A stretch of DNA of 32,000 nucleotides from Enterobacteriaceae endosymbiont of Donacia provostii (GCF_012570145.1 NZ_CP046206.1:302324-334323), one strand, 5' to 3'; counted from the stretch's first letter, positions 21,286 to 31,396 are shown. The notes: a model not told the origin generated them from the letters alone. Made by a program: numbers and translations.

Positions 21286-21987
21286 TTAATTTAATAAATT
21301 AAGACATTCTTTAGTAATATTTAAAGCTATACCCATAGTAGATGATATATATATTTTTTGTATAAAATTATTTTTTAATTGTATTGGTTTATATTTTTTT
21401 AAATTTTTTAAAAAAATTATTAAATTTTCTTTAATTTTATTGTTTTCAAAATTAATTTTACCGATCATAGTATGTATAATACCATTTTTATCATTACGAA
21501 AATTAATTTGTCCAGAACGAATATTTTTAATTGCTTTATCTATTTCATTTGTTATAGTACCTAATTTAGGATTAGGCATTAGTCCTTTAGGTCCTAAAAT
21601 AGGTCCTAACTTAGTAACTAAATCCATAGCTTTTGGAGTAGAAATAACTATATCGAAATTTTTTTCACCATTAGTAATTTTAGTTAATAAATCTTGCATT
21701 CCAACTAATTCTATCCCTAATTTTTTTGCTTGTATCGCTTCTTTTCCATCTGCAAAAACAGCTATTTTAATATTTTTTCCATTACCATGAGGTAAAAATA
21801 CATTACCTCTAATATTTTGTTCAGTTTTTTTAGGATTAATACCTAAAATAATTGCAATATCAATACTTTCAATAAATTTAACTTTACTTAAAATTTTTAA
21901 TTGATTAATGGCTTCTAAAATAGAAAATTGTTTTCTAAAATCTATATTTTCATATATTAATTTCATTCTTTTAGTTAGTTTTCTCAT
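21286..21987 (-). CDS. rplA: 50S ribosomal protein L1
   Basis: 233 aa. MRKLTKRMK, LPHGNGK, GPKGLMPNPKLGT and FRNDKNGIIHTMIGK are colinear with E. coli L1. Confidence 0.97.
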   Translation of the reverse strand: MRKLTKRMKLIYENIDFRKQFSILEAINQLKILSKVKFIESIDIAIILGINPKKTEQNIRGNVFLPHGNGKNIKIAVFADGKEAIQAKKLGIELVGMQDLLTKITNGEKNFDIVISTPKAMDLVTKLGPILGPKGLMPNPKLGTITNEIDKAIKNIRSGQINFRNDKNGIIHTMIGKINFENNKIKENLIIFLKNLKKYKPIQLKNNFIQKIYISSTMGIALNITKECLNLLN

Positions 21988-21993
21988 AATATT

Positions 21994-22419
21994 TTAATCC
22001 TTAATTATTAAACCCATTGATATAGCAGTACCTTTTATAGAAGACATCATAGATCTAATATTAGTTCCATTCATATCAATATATTTAATTTCTGCAATTT
22101 TACGAATTTGATCATTTGTAATTTCTCCTACTTTATCTGTTTTAGGTTTATTAGCCCCTTTTTTAATATTTAATATCTTTTTTATTAATGCAGACACTGG
22201 AGGAGTTTTAGTTATAAATGTAAAAGTTTTGTCAACATAAATCGTAATAACTACAGGTATAGGTATTCCTTTTTCTAAATTACTAGTTTTTAAATTAAAA
22301 TCCTTACAAAAATTCATAATATTTATACCATGTTGTCCTAATGCAGGTCCAATAGGAGGACTAGGATTTGCACTACCTGCTGGAACTTGTAATTTAACAT
22401 AAGTTTTAATTTTTTTCAT
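21994..22419 (-). CDS. rplK: 50S ribosomal protein L11
   Basis: 141 aa. [28 protein letters not shown] and [23 protein letters not shown] match E. coli L11. Only 6 nt separate it from rplA. Confidence 0.98.
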   Translation of the reverse strand: MKKIKTYVKLQVPAGSANPSPPIGPALGQHGINIMNFCKDFNLKTSNLEKGIPIPVVITIYVDKTFTFITKTPPVSALIKKILNIKKGANKPKTDKVGEITNDQIRKIAEIKYIDMNGTNIRSMMSSIKGTAISMGLIIKD

Positions 22420-22487
22420 AATATAGAATCTCTATTTATTATTATTTATATATATATTATATTTTATATATATATGATTGTAAAAAA

Positions 22488-23033
22488 CTATCCTTTTTCT
22501 ACTTGTCTAAAATCTAGATCAACAGGAGTTGATCTACCAAAAATTGATACTGAAACTTTTAATCTATTTTTTTCATAATCTACTTCTTCTACTATTCCAT
22601 TAAAATCCGAAAAAGGACCATCTTTTACTCTAATCATTTCTCCTGGTTCAAATATTGTTTTTGGTCTAGGTTTATCACCAATTTTTTGTAAACGTTTAAT
22701 AATAATATTTACTTCTTTATCACTTATAGGAGAAGGATTATCAGATGTTCCTCCAATAAAACCTAAAACTTTAGGTACACTACGTACTAAATACCAACTT
22801 AATTCTTTCATTATCATATGTACTAATATATATCCGGGGAAAAATTTACGATCACTTCTATATTTTTGTCCTCCGCGTATTTCAACTATAGCTTCAGTAG
22901 GTACTAAAATTTTTCCAAATAAATTTTTCATGTTATGAATTTTGATATATTCTTTTAATGATTTAGCTACACGTTTTTCAAAACCAGAACGAGCTTGAAT
23001 AACATACCATTTTTTTGTTGAAGATTTATTCAT
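22488..23033 (-). CDS. nusG: Transcription termination/antitermination factor NusG
   Basis: 181 aa. [22 protein letters not shown] forms the NGN domain, and the KOW region is [37 protein letters not shown]. The stop codon is TAG. Confidence 0.97.
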   Translation of the reverse strand: MNKSSTKKWYVIQARSGFEKRVAKSLKEYIKIHNMKNLFGKILVPTEAIVEIRGGQKYRSDRKFFPGYILVHMIMKELSWYLVRSVPKVLGFIGGTSDNPSPISDKEVNIIIKRLQKIGDKPRPKTIFEPGEMIRVKDGPFSDFNGIVEEVDYEKNRLKVSVSIFGRSTPVDLDFRQVEKG

Positions 23034-23034
23034 T

Positions 23035-23409
23035 TTATAACCTCGTTCCAGTTAAATAAGATATTATATAAATTAAAAAATTATCTAGTATATAGATAAG
23101 AAAAGATACAATTATAGTAATAATAACTATAATATAAGTTGTATATAGCGTATCTTTATAAGAAGGCCATATAACTTTATATATTTCCATACGTGCATTA
23201 TGTATAAATGCAAATAAAATTTTTCCTTGATTTGTAGATATAATAATAAAACTAATTAAAGTTAATATAAAGAAAAATAAAGTTAAACGAACAAACAAAC
23301 TCATATTTTGATAAAAAATACTACTAGCTATAATAGTAATAATTAATATTAAAATATTAATACATTTGATAAAATTTTTTATGTTTTTTTTAAATTTTAT
23401 AATATTCAT
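23035..23409 (-). CDS. secE: Protein translocase subunit SecE
   Basis: 124 aa with three hydrophobic segments. [20 protein letters not shown] corresponds to E. coli [20 protein letters not shown]. The stop codon lies 1 nt before the nusG ATG. Confidence 0.93.
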   Translation of the reverse strand: MNIIKFKKNIKNFIKCINILILIITIIASSIFYQNMSLFVRLTLFFFILTLISFIIISTNQGKILFAFIHNARMEIYKVIWPSYKDTLYTTYIIVIITIIVSFLIYILDNFLIYIISYLTGTRL

Positions 23410-23490
23410 TATATATTAACCAAAAAATATTTATATAAAATATATAAATGCATGTTATTAATAATTTATATAATTTTATATATTACAACA

Positions 23491-23524
23491 TACAAAAGAA
23501 TCAAAGGGATAATAATAATCCCTT
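23491..23524 (-). terminator. Candidate Rho-independent terminator downstream of tuf
   Basis: On the minus strand the hairpin is AAGGGAU-UAUUAUU-AUCCCUU: a 7-bp stem (23504-23510 with 23518-23524) that includes three G-C pairs, and a 7-nt loop. It is followed by UGAUUCUUUUGU and begins about 19 nt after the tuf stop. Confidence 0.65.
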
Positions 23525-23543
23525 ATCTTCTTTTATAAAATAT

Positions 23544-24728
23544 TTATTTTAATACTTTTGTAACTACACCTGCCCCTACAGTACGTCCACCTTCACGAAT
23601 AGCAAAACGTAAACCGTTTGACATAGCTATAGGATGAATTAATGTTACAACCATATTAATATTATCTCCAGGCATAACCATTTCAACATCAGATGGTAAT
23701 TCTATAGTTCCTGTTACATCTGTAGTTCTAAAATAGAATTGTGGACGATATCCCTTAAAAAAGGCTGTATGTCTTCCACCTTCATCTTTTGATAAAATAT
23801 AAACTTCTGCTTCAAATTTTGTATGGGGAGTGATCGAACCTGGTTTTGCTAAAACTTGACCTCTTTCTATATCTTCTCTTTTAATGCCTCTAAGTAAAAT
23901 TCCAACATTTTCACCAGCACGTCCTTCATCTAATAATTTACGAAACATTTCTACACCAGTACAAATAGATTTAATAGTATTTCTAATACCTATAATTTCT
24001 ACTTCTTCACCAACTTTTATAATACCTCTTTCTACTCTTCCAGTTACTACAGTACCTCTACCAGAAATAGAAAAAACATCTTCTATTGGTAATAAAAAAG
24101 GTTTATCAATTTCTCTAATAGGATTAGGTATATAAGTATCTAATGAATTTGCTAATTCGATAATTTTTTGTTCCCATATTTTATCACCTTCTAATGCTTT
24201 TAAAGCAGATCCTTGAATAATAGGAGTTTTATCTCCAGGAAAATTATATTGTGTTAATAAATCACGTACTTCCATTTCTACTAGTTCTAATAATTCTTCA
24301 TCATCAACTAAATCACACTTATTAAGAAATACTATAATATAAGGTACTCCTACTTGTCTAGCTAATAAAATATGTTCTCTTGTTTGGGGCATAGGACCAT
24401 CTGTTGCTGCAACAACTAATATTGCTCCATCCATTTGTGCAGCACCTGTAATCATATTTTTTACATAATCCGCGTGTCCTGGACAATCAACATGTGCATA
24501 ATGACGATATTTTGTATCATATTCAACATGTGAAGTATTTATAGTTATACCTCTTGCTTTTTCTTCGGGTGCATTATCAATTTGATCAAATGCTTTTGCA
24601 GAACCACCATATTTTTTTGATAAAACAGTTGTTATAGCTGCTGTTAAAGTTGTTTTTCCATGGTCAACATGTCCTATAGTACCTACATTAATATGAGGTT
24701 TAGAACGTTCAAATTTTTTTTTAGACAT
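23544..24728 (-). CDS. tuf: Elongation factor Tu (only copy in the window; fusA lies upstream and secE downstream)
   Basis: 394 aa and nearly identical to E. coli EF-Tu. Motifs [18 protein letters not shown] and NKCD are present. Confidence 0.99.
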   Translation of the reverse strand: MSKKKFERSKPHINVGTIGHVDHGKTTLTAAITTVLSKKYGGSAKAFDQIDNAPEEKARGITINTSHVEYDTKYRHYAHVDCPGHADYVKNMITGAAQMDGAILVVAATDGPMPQTREHILLARQVGVPYIIVFLNKCDLVDDEELLELVEMEVRDLLTQYNFPGDKTPIIQGSALKALEGDKIWEQKIIELANSLDTYIPNPIREIDKPFLLPIEDVFSISGRGTVVTGRVERGIIKVGEEVEIIGIRNTIKSICTGVEMFRKLLDEGRAGENVGILLRGIKREDIERGQVLAKPGSITPHTKFEAEVYILSKDEGGRHTAFFKGYRPQFYFRTTDVTGTIELPSDVEMVMPGDNINMVVTLIHPIAMSNGLRFAIREGGRTVGAGVVTKVLK

Positions 24729-24785
24729 GATATAATCATCCTTCTAGTAAGAAATTTCAAAATAAATATTACTATTAATTAAGTT

Positions 24786-26900
24786 TTATAATTTAGATCT
24801 AGATTCTATAATTTTTCTTGTAATACTTATAGGTGCTTCAGTATATTTTAAAAATTCCATAGTATAAGATGCTCTTCCTTGACTATAAGAACGTAAATCA
24901 GTTGCATAACCAAACATTTCTGATAATGGAACACAAGCATTTATAATTTTACCTGTAGGAATATTATTCATTCCTTCTATAATACCTCTTCTACGATTTA
25001 AATCACCAATTACATCGCCCATATATTCTTCAGGTGTTTCAACTTCTACTTTCATTATAGGTTCAAGTAAAATAGGATTAGCTTTTTTAAAAGCATTCTT
25101 AAATGCAATAGCTGCTGCTAATTTAAAAGCTAATTCAGAAGAATCAACATCATGATAAGATCCATAATGAAGTCTTACTGAAATATTTACTACTGGATAA
25201 TTTGCCATAGGACCTGATTTTAATTGTTCTTGAATACTTTTATCTATAGCTGATATATATTCATTAGGTATTACACCACCTTTTATGTCATTAGTAAATA
25301 AATAACCTGTATTATTTTTTGGTGTTTTAAGGGGGGAAATATCTATAACAACATGACCATACTGTCCTCTTCCTCCGGTTTGTTTTATATATTTACCCTC
25401 TATATTATGTACACTATTTTGTATAGTTTCTCGATAAGAAACTTGAGGTTTACCAATTTTAGCTGAGATATTAAATTCTCTTTTCATTCTATCTACAATA
25501 ATTTCTAGATGTAATTCACCCATACCAGCTATGATAGTTTGATTAGTTTCTTCATCAGTCCAAGTTCTTAAAGAAGGATCTTCTCTAACAAGACGATTTA
25601 AAGCTAAACCCATTTTTTCTTGATCTATTTTTGTTTTAGGTTCTATAGCAATTGAAATTACAGGTTCAGGAAAATCCATAGTTTCCAGAATAATACATTC
25701 TTTAATATCACATAATGTATCTCCTGTTGTAACATTTTTTAATCCAATAGCAGCTGCTATATCTCCAGCATAAACTTTTTTAATTTCTTCCCTTTTATTA
25801 GCATGCATTTGAACAATTCTACCAATACGTTCTTTTTGTTTTTTAATAGGATTATATATAATTTCTCCACTACTAACAGTTCCAGAATATACTCTAAAAA
25901 AAGTTAAGTTACCTACAAAGGGATCATTAGCTATTTTAAAAGCTAATGCAGAAAATAATTCATTATCATTAGTATTACGTGTTAATATGTTTTTATTATT
26001 AATAGAGATACCTTGAATTGGAGGAATATCTTGTGGAGAAGGTAAATAATCAATAATTGCATCTAATAATGCTTGAACACCCTTGTTTTTAAAAGCAGAT
26101 CCACATGTAATTAAAGTAATTTCATTATTTAATACTCTTTTTCTTAAAGCAGATTTTATCTCTTGTACAGAAATTTTTTCACCATTTAAATATTTTTCTA
26201 ATAAAATTTCATTAGATTCTACTGCTGTTTCTATTAATTTTTGATTCCATTTTTTAACTTCTTTTTCCATGTCTTTAGGTATATTAACATAATTACAATT
26301 TATTCCTTGGTTTTTTTCACTCCAATTTAATGCTTTCATTTGTATTAAATCAATTATACCTGTAAATTGATCTTCTGATCCTATAGGTAATTGTAATGGT
26401 ATTGCTTCTGTTAATAAATTATTTTTAATTTGTTTAATAACCTTTATAAAATTTGCTCCCATTCTATCCATTTTATTTATAAAAGCAATTCTAGGAACTT
26501 TATATTTATTAGCTTGTCTCCATACTGTTTCTGATTGAGGTTGTACTCCACCTACAGCACAATAAATCATTACTACTCCGTCTAATACTCTCATAGAACG
26601 TTCTACTTCAATTGTAAAATCTACATGTCCAGGAGTATCAATAATATTTATTCTATGTGATTTATATTGATTAAACATACCTGACCAAAAAGCTGTAGTT
26701 GCTGCAGAAGTAATAGTAATACCTCTTTCTTGTTCTTGTTCCATCCAGTCCATTGTAGCAGCACCATCATGTACTTCTCCTATTTTATGATTTACTCCTG
26801 TATAAAATAAAATTCTTTCAGTAGTAGTAGTTTTCCCAGCATCAATATGTGCGCTAATACCAATATTACGATATCGTTTTATATGAGTTATACGATTCAT
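24786..26900 (-). CDS. fusA: Elongation factor G
   Basis: 704 aa. [55 protein letters not shown] is identical in large blocks to E. coli EF-G. Confidence 0.99.
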   Translation of the reverse strand: MNRITHIKRYRNIGISAHIDAGKTTTTERILFYTGVNHKIGEVHDGAATMDWMEQEQERGITITSAATTAFWSGMFNQYKSHRINIIDTPGHVDFTIEVERSMRVLDGVVMIYCAVGGVQPQSETVWRQANKYKVPRIAFINKMDRMGANFIKVIKQIKNNLLTEAIPLQLPIGSEDQFTGIIDLIQMKALNWSEKNQGINCNYVNIPKDMEKEVKKWNQKLIETAVESNEILLEKYLNGEKISVQEIKSALRKRVLNNEITLITCGSAFKNKGVQALLDAIIDYLPSPQDIPPIQGISINNKNILTRNTNDNELFSALAFKIANDPFVGNLTFFRVYSGTVSSGEIIYNPIKKQKERIGRIVQMHANKREEIKKVYAGDIAAAIGLKNVTTGDTLCDIKECIILETMDFPEPVISIAIEPKTKIDQEKMGLALNRLVREDPSLRTWTDEETNQTIIAGMGELHLEIIVDRMKREFNISAKIGKPQVSYRETIQNSVHNIEGKYIKQTGGRGQYGHVVIDISPLKTPKNNTGYLFTNDIKGGVIPNEYISAIDKSIQEQLKSGPMANYPVVNISVRLHYGSYHDVDSSELAFKLAAAIAFKNAFKKANPILLEPIMKVEVETPEEYMGDVIGDLNRRRGIIEGMNNIPTGKIINACVPLSEMFGYATDLRSYSQGRASYTMEFLKYTEAPISITRKIIESRSKL

Positions 26901-27054
26901 ATTATTCCTCTATCCTTATTATATAAAAATTTTATGATGATATTTTAAATATTTTTTAAAGAAAAAATAAATATTGATTTAGTCACAACATATATTATTA
27001 ATTAATTGATTCATTTTTATTTTAATTAAAATTATTTAAATTTTGATTATTATT

Positions 27055-27525
27055 TTACCAACGATAATGTGCAAAAGCTTTATTAGCTTCTGCCATTTTA
27101 TGTATTTCTTCTCGTTTTTTAACTGCATTTCCTTTATTTTCTAAAGCGTCTGATATTTCATTAGTTAGTTTTAAAATCATAGATTTTTCTTGTCTTTTTC
27201 TTGCAGAATTTACTAACCAACGTATAGCTAAAGTATTTCTTCTAGAAGGTCTTATTTCTACTGGAACTTGATATGTTGATCCTCCTACTCTTCTTGATTT
27301 TACTTCTACTACAGGTTTGATATTTTCTAATGCATTTAAAAAAATGTCTATTTCTTTTCTACCTGTTTTTTTTGTAAGTTCTTTTAAAGAAGAATAAACA
27401 ATAAATTCTGCAATAGATTTTTTACCATTTATCATAATAATATTAATAAATTTTGCTAATAAATCTGATTCAAATTGAGGATCTGGTGATATTTTTCGTT
27501 GACTTACTATACGTCTACGAGGCAT
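27055..27525 (-). CDS. rpsG: 30S ribosomal protein S7
   Basis: 156 aa, from MPRRR to AFAHYRW. This is the short form, without the E. coli K-12 tail. Confidence 0.98.
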   Translation of the reverse strand: MPRRRIVSQRKISPDPQFESDLLAKFINIIMINGKKSIAEFIVYSSLKELTKKTGRKEIDIFLNALENIKPVVEVKSRRVGGSTYQVPVEIRPSRRNTLAIRWLVNSARKRQEKSMILKLTNEISDALENKGNAVKKREEIHKMAEANKAFAHYRW

Positions 27526-27567
27526 AAAAATTACTCCATTATTTTAATTAAATTAATTTATAAAAAT

Positions 27568-27939
27568 TTACTTAGGTTTTTTAACTCCATATCTTGATCT
27601 TCCTTTTTTACGATTTTTTACTCCGGTACAATCTAACGTACCTCTAATTGTATGATATCTTACTCCAGGTAAATCTTTAACTCTTCCTCCTCTAATTAAA
27701 ATAACAGAATGTTCTTGTAAATTATGTCCTTCTCCAGATATATAAGAAGTAACTTCAAAACCATTTGTTAGTCTAACTCTACATACTTTTCTTAAAGCAG
27801 AATTAGGTTTTTTAGGAGTTGTTGTATAAACTTTTGTACATACTCCTCTTTTTTGTGGGCAAGAATTTAAAGCCGGTACATTAGTTTTAATAATTTTACG
27901 AGATCTATTTTTACGGACTAATTGATTTATTGTTACCAT
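27568..27939 (-). CDS. rpsL: 30S ribosomal protein S12
   Basis: 123 aa. [28 protein letters not shown] and [23 protein letters not shown] match E. coli S12. Confidence 0.99.
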   Translation of the reverse strand: MVTINQLVRKNRSRKIIKTNVPALNSCPQKRGVCTKVYTTTPKKPNSALRKVCRVRLTNGFEVTSYISGEGHNLQEHSVILIRGGRVKDLPGVRYHTIRGTLDCTGVKNRKKGRSRYGVKKPK

Positions 27940-27980
27940 TTTTTTAACCTAAAATAATATGTTTTATTAATAAAAAATAA

Positions 27981-28280
27981 TTACCATAATATTTGTTTTT
28001 TGTGTTTTATTGTTAAATCAACAAATTTTGTATAATTTATTCTTATTATTATATTAGAAATATTTAAATTTAAACCTCTAGCTAATATATCATTATTTAT
28101 AGCAAAAATTAAGATTTTCATTTTTTTCTTAATTTTAATAATTTTTTGCATATATAAGCTATTTTTTAATCCAGCCAATACTCCATCCTGAATTAAAAGT
28201 AATTCATCATGTTTATGTAAACTATTTAATAATAAAGAAAAATTACAAGATGTTGGAGAACTAAATAGGGTATATAACAT
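27981..28280 (-). CDS. tusB: Sulfurtransferase complex subunit TusB
   Basis: 99 aa. MLYTL...DELLLIQDGV...NNDILARGL...INYTKFVDLTIKH..ILW is colinear with E. coli TusB (MLHTL...DELLLLQDGV...NEDLIARGL...IDYTDFVRLTVKH..MAW). Confidence 0.9.
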   Translation of the reverse strand: MLYTLFSSPTSCNFSLLLNSLHKHDELLLIQDGVLAGLKNSLYMQKIIKIKKKMKILIFAINNDILARGLNLNISNIIIRINYTKFVDLTIKHKKQILW

Positions 28281-28295
28281 ATAAAATATATTTAT

Positions 28296-28667
28296 TTAAT
28301 TAAAATTAATAATTATATCATAATTATTAATTTTTTTTTTCCATATTAAAGGATGAATAATTTTAATTGGTAACATCCAATTATTTTTTTTGTTATTTTT
28401 TTCTATACCTAAGGTTTTAAGAGATTCTGAACAAATATAATAATTATTAATATTACAAAATTTTAAAATATTTAAACTAATATTATAATTGTTTAATAAA
28501 AAATTTTTCGTATTTTGTTTACTATATATTTGTAAAATACCATCTCCTATAAAAAATAAAGCTATATCCTCAGTAAATGAGGATATAGAAAGAATTATAT
28601 CTATTCCTTCTTTATTAATAATATTTCCATATGGAGATTTTGAAAATATAAATGCTATTTTATTCAT
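28296..28667 (-). CDS. tusC: Sulfurtransferase complex subunit TusC
   Basis: 123 aa. MNKIAFIFSKSPYG..GIDIIL...DIALFFIGDGILQ...YDIIINF resembles E. coli TusC (MKRIAFVFSTAPHG..GLDALL...DLAVFFIADGVFQ...YDVILRF). The ATG overlaps the tusD stop by 1 nt (TAATG). Confidence 0.9.
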   Translation of the reverse strand: MNKIAFIFSKSPYGNIINKEGIDIILSISSFTEDIALFFIGDGILQIYSKQNTKNFLLNNYNISLNILKFCNINNYYICSESLKTLGIEKNNKKNNWMLPIKIIHPLIWKKKINNYDIIINFN

Positions 28668-29068
28668 TAAAATTGAACTAAACGATCACAAGTTAATACA
28701 GATTTTGTAAATGTACTTAAAGTTGTTATTTTAAATGTATTATCAATAATATCATATTTTTTTTGATAACTTAATAAATTTTCTTTATTATAATCATTGT
28801 CTATTATTAGACCTCTTCTTTTTAAAGAGGTAGTACATATATATAAATTAATATTATACTGTATATTTAATTTTTTCCAATGACTAATTAAATTAAATTC
28901 ATCTTCATTAAAAATGATATTTTTATTCGAATTAAAAACTCCATCACTATAAAAAAATATATCTTTTATTACTTGTTTTTTTTTTATTACTGCTTTAGTA
29001 AATAAATAAGCAGAATAGGAATTCTGTTTGTTGTACGGAGCTGTTGTTATAAATATTACAAAAATCAT
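28667..29068 (-). CDS. tusD: Sulfurtransferase TusD
   Basis: 133 aa. FFYSDGVFNSN, the conserved-Cys motif LYICTTSLKRRG (E. coli LNICVAAALRRG), and the C-terminal LTCDRLVQF (E. coli LTCDRVVQF) are present. Confidence 0.92.
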   Translation of the reverse strand: MIFVIFITTAPYNKQNSYSAYLFTKAVIKKKQVIKDIFFYSDGVFNSNKNIIFNEDEFNLISHWKKLNIQYNINLYICTTSLKRRGLIIDNDYNKENLLSYQKKYDIIDNTFKITTLSTFTKSVLTCDRLVQF

Positions 29069-29175
29069 ATTTTGTGACCTGAAAATTTAAAATATTTTAA
29101 TTATATTTTAAACTTATATACATATTAAAAATATTTTTAATTAATTAAAATTAATGAAAATATAAAAATTAATTA

Positions 29176-30009
29176 TTAGATAGAATTTTTTACATCTAAA
29201 AGTTCAATTTCAAATTTTAAAGTTGAATTAGATGGTATACCAGAAATAATTTCTGAACCATAAGCTAATTTTGGAGGAATAATTAATGTTATTTTTCCAC
29301 CTTGTCTTATATATTTTAGACCTTCTTTCCAACCATCTATGACTTGTTTTAAAGATATAAATAAAGGTTTATTTTTTTCTGTACTATCAAATTCAGTACC
29401 ATCAATCAATTTTCCTGTATATTTAATAACAACAATCTGATTATTATTAGTAATTTTTTTACCATAACCTAATTTATGTATTTTATATACTAATCCACTA
29501 TTAGTTTTTTTAAATCCTTTTTCTTTTAAAATTTTTTTAATATATTTTTTACCTAAATTATCATTATTTATAACTTCTTGTTGTATTTTATCAGCACTAA
29601 AATTTTTTATATTAGAATCATATAATTGTAGTACTCTATCAATTTCATCATTAGAAAGTTTATGTTTTTTCTCTAATGCATCTGATACACCTTGAAGTAT
29701 TAATTTCTTATCTAATACCATCTTTAATGTTTTTTGAATTTGAAATGTACGTGTTAAATATTTTCCTATTGTTATTCCTAATGAATAGGAAATTTTATCA
29801 TCATCATTTTTAAAAAGTTCTTCTTGTTTTTGATTTTTTATGTTTTGTTTTTTTTTTTGATTTTTTATTTTTTTTTTTGTAATACTTGTAGTTTTATTTT
29901 GCCACCATGATACATTTTCTAATGTAAATGCATAGGCACTGGATATATTTAAACCAATAAATAACATGAATATAATTAATATTGATTTTTTTTTAGTAAA
30001 AAATTTCAT
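29176..30009 (-). CDS. fkpA: Periplasmic FKBP-type peptidyl-prolyl cis-trans isomerase FkpA
   Basis: 277 aa with an N-terminal signal-like segment. FKNDDDKISYSLG resembles E. coli FKNDDQKSAYALG. The FKBP domain is KYTGKLIDGTEFDS...VIDGWKEGLKYIRQGGKITLIIPPKLAYG...IPSNSTLKFEIELLDVK. Confidence 0.95.
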   Translation of the reverse strand: MKFFTKKKSILIIFMLFIGLNISSAYAFTLENVSWWQNKTTSITKKKIKNQKKKQNIKNQKQEELFKNDDDKISYSLGITIGKYLTRTFQIQKTLKMVLDKKLILQGVSDALEKKHKLSNDEIDRVLQLYDSNIKNFSADKIQQEVINNDNLGKKYIKKILKEKGFKKTNSGLVYKIHKLGYGKKITNNNQIVVIKYTGKLIDGTEFDSTEKNKPLFISLKQVIDGWKEGLKYIRQGGKITLIIPPKLAYGSEIISGIPSNSTLKFEIELLDVKNSI

Positions 30010-30070
30010 TTTTTCTCCAAAATTTTTTAATAATAAATATTAATAATTTTAAACATACTAAAGTTTTACT

Positions 30071-30105
30071 TATAAAATAAGATAAATTAATTATCTTATT
30101 TTATA
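30071..30105 (-). repeat. Perfect 15-bp inverted repeat with a 5-nt loop, about 55 nt downstream of the asd stop; candidate terminator or 3' stabilising hairpin
   Basis: TATAAAATAAGATAA (30071-30085), loop ATTAA, then TTATCTTATTTTATA (30091-30105). All 15 positions are complementary, including one G-C pair. No U-tract follows on either strand. Confidence 0.6.
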
Positions 30106-30159
30106 TAAAATATTACTTTTAATAAAAAAATACAAGTTAAATTTTATTTTTTTAGAAAG

Positions 30160-31272
30160 TTATATTAATAATTTTAACATTCTTCTTAATGGTTCTGATG
30201 CTCCCCATAATAATTGGTCTCCTACTGAAAAAATAGAAAAGCAATTTTTATCTATATTTAATTTTTTTATTCTTCCTACATGAATATTTAATTTACCACT
30301 AACAGAAGATGGTGTAAGATAATTAATAGTATCATCAAAATTATTAGGTATTATTTTAACCCATTTATTACTATTTAAAATAATATTATTTACATTATTT
30401 ACAGATAAATTTTTATTTAGTTTTATTGTAAAAGATTGACTATGTGAACGTAGAGTAGGTATTCTTACACAAGTACCATCTATTGGGATAATTTTCTTAG
30501 TATTTAAAATTTTATTAGTTTCAAATTGTCCTTTCCATTCTTCTTTTGTTTGGTTAGTATTTTTTATTTTTTTATCTATCCATGGAATTAAACTATTAAT
30601 TAAAGGGACATGAAAATTTTTTTTAGGAAAATAAGGATCATTCATATACTTTGAGATTTGTCTTTCTATATCAATAATATTTATTGAAGAATTATTAATA
30701 AAAGAAGAAATATTTTGGGATATATATCCCATTTGTAAAATTAATTCTTTCATAAATTTAGAACCTGCACCAGATGCAGCTTGATAAGTAGAAATAAAAA
30801 TCCAATCAATTAAATTATTTTTAAAAAGGCTACCTATAGCCATTAACATTAAACTAACAGTACAATTACAACCAACAAAAGTTTTAATACCTAAATTTAA
30901 TTTTTGTTTTATATCTTTCAAATTAATAGGATCTAAGACAATTAAAGATTCTTTTAAAGTTCTTAAATTAGAAGCAGCATCGATCCAATATCCTTTCCAA
31001 CCCATTTGACGTAATTTAAAATATACCTTATTTGTATATTCACTACCTTGACATGTTAAAATGATATCTAATTCATATAATTTTTTAAAATCATAAGCAT
31101 TTTCTAATGTTAAAAATTTATTTTTTATACTAAAATGATTTATAGTTTCACCATATTGTGAAGTAGAAAAAAAAATAGCATTGATGTTATCAAAATCTTT
31201 TTTTTTAATCATCCTTTTTATAAGAACAGAACCAACCATTCCTCTCCAACCAATAAATCCTACAGTTTTCAT
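30160..31272 (-). CDS. asd: Aspartate-semialdehyde dehydrogenase
   Basis: 370 aa. MKTVGFIGWRGMVGSVL, the active-site region FVGCNCTVSLMLM, YQAASGAGS, and GDQLLWGASEPLRRML are colinear with E. coli Asd. Confidence 0.97.
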   Translation of the reverse strand: MKTVGFIGWRGMVGSVLIKRMIKKKDFDNINAIFFSTSQYGETINHFSIKNKFLTLENAYDFKKLYELDIILTCQGSEYTNKVYFKLRQMGWKGYWIDAASNLRTLKESLIVLDPINLKDIKQKLNLGIKTFVGCNCTVSLMLMAIGSLFKNNLIDWIFISTYQAASGAGSKFMKELILQMGYISQNISSFINNSSINIIDIERQISKYMNDPYFPKKNFHVPLINSLIPWIDKKIKNTNQTKEEWKGQFETNKILNTKKIIPIDGTCVRIPTLRSHSQSFTIKLNKNLSVNNVNNIILNSNKWVKIIPNNFDDTINYLTPSSVSGKLNIHVGRIKKLNIDKNCFSIFSVGDQLLWGASEPLRRMLKLLI

Positions 31273-31300
31273 TTATTGTATCCTATATATTAATTTAAAT

Positions 31301-31329
31301 ATATTTTATATATACTATATATAAAATAT
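31301..31329 (-). repeat. 29-nt perfect palindrome (14-bp arms around a central C) in the ung-asd spacer
   Basis: ATATTTTATATATA-C-TATATATAAAATAT. Positions 31301-31314 pair with 31316-31329. It lies about 68 nt downstream of the ung stop. Confidence 0.5.
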
Positions 31330-31396
31330 TGATTTTAAAATTTATTATTACATAATATTTAATTTAAAAATTTGGATAATTATTTTATATAAATAA

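Noticed and set aside
21440-21790. Plus-strand 116-aa ORF
   Set aside because: It is an antisense shadow of rplA.
22441-22480. (TA)n-rich stretch in the rplK leader that could pair with itself; considered as an L1-binding mRNA mimic
   Set aside because: It is a simple-sequence repeat with no G/C positions and no resemblance I can verify to the L1 binding site. Self-complementarity is trivial for TA repeats.
23884-24135. Plus-strand 83-aa ORF
   Set aside because: It is an antisense shadow of tuf.
28489-28710. Plus-strand 73-aa ORF
   Set aside because: It is an antisense shadow spanning the tusC/tusD junction and has no supporting signals.
29087-29141. A/T-only palindromes TTAAAATATTTTAA (29087-29100) and ATTAAAAATATTTTTAAT (29124-29141) in the fkpA-tusD spacer
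   Set aside because: They have 7-9 bp arms made only of A/T in DNA that appears almost entirely A+T. My rough estimate is that about one such match is expected by chance across the spacers. With no loop, they are poor hairpins.
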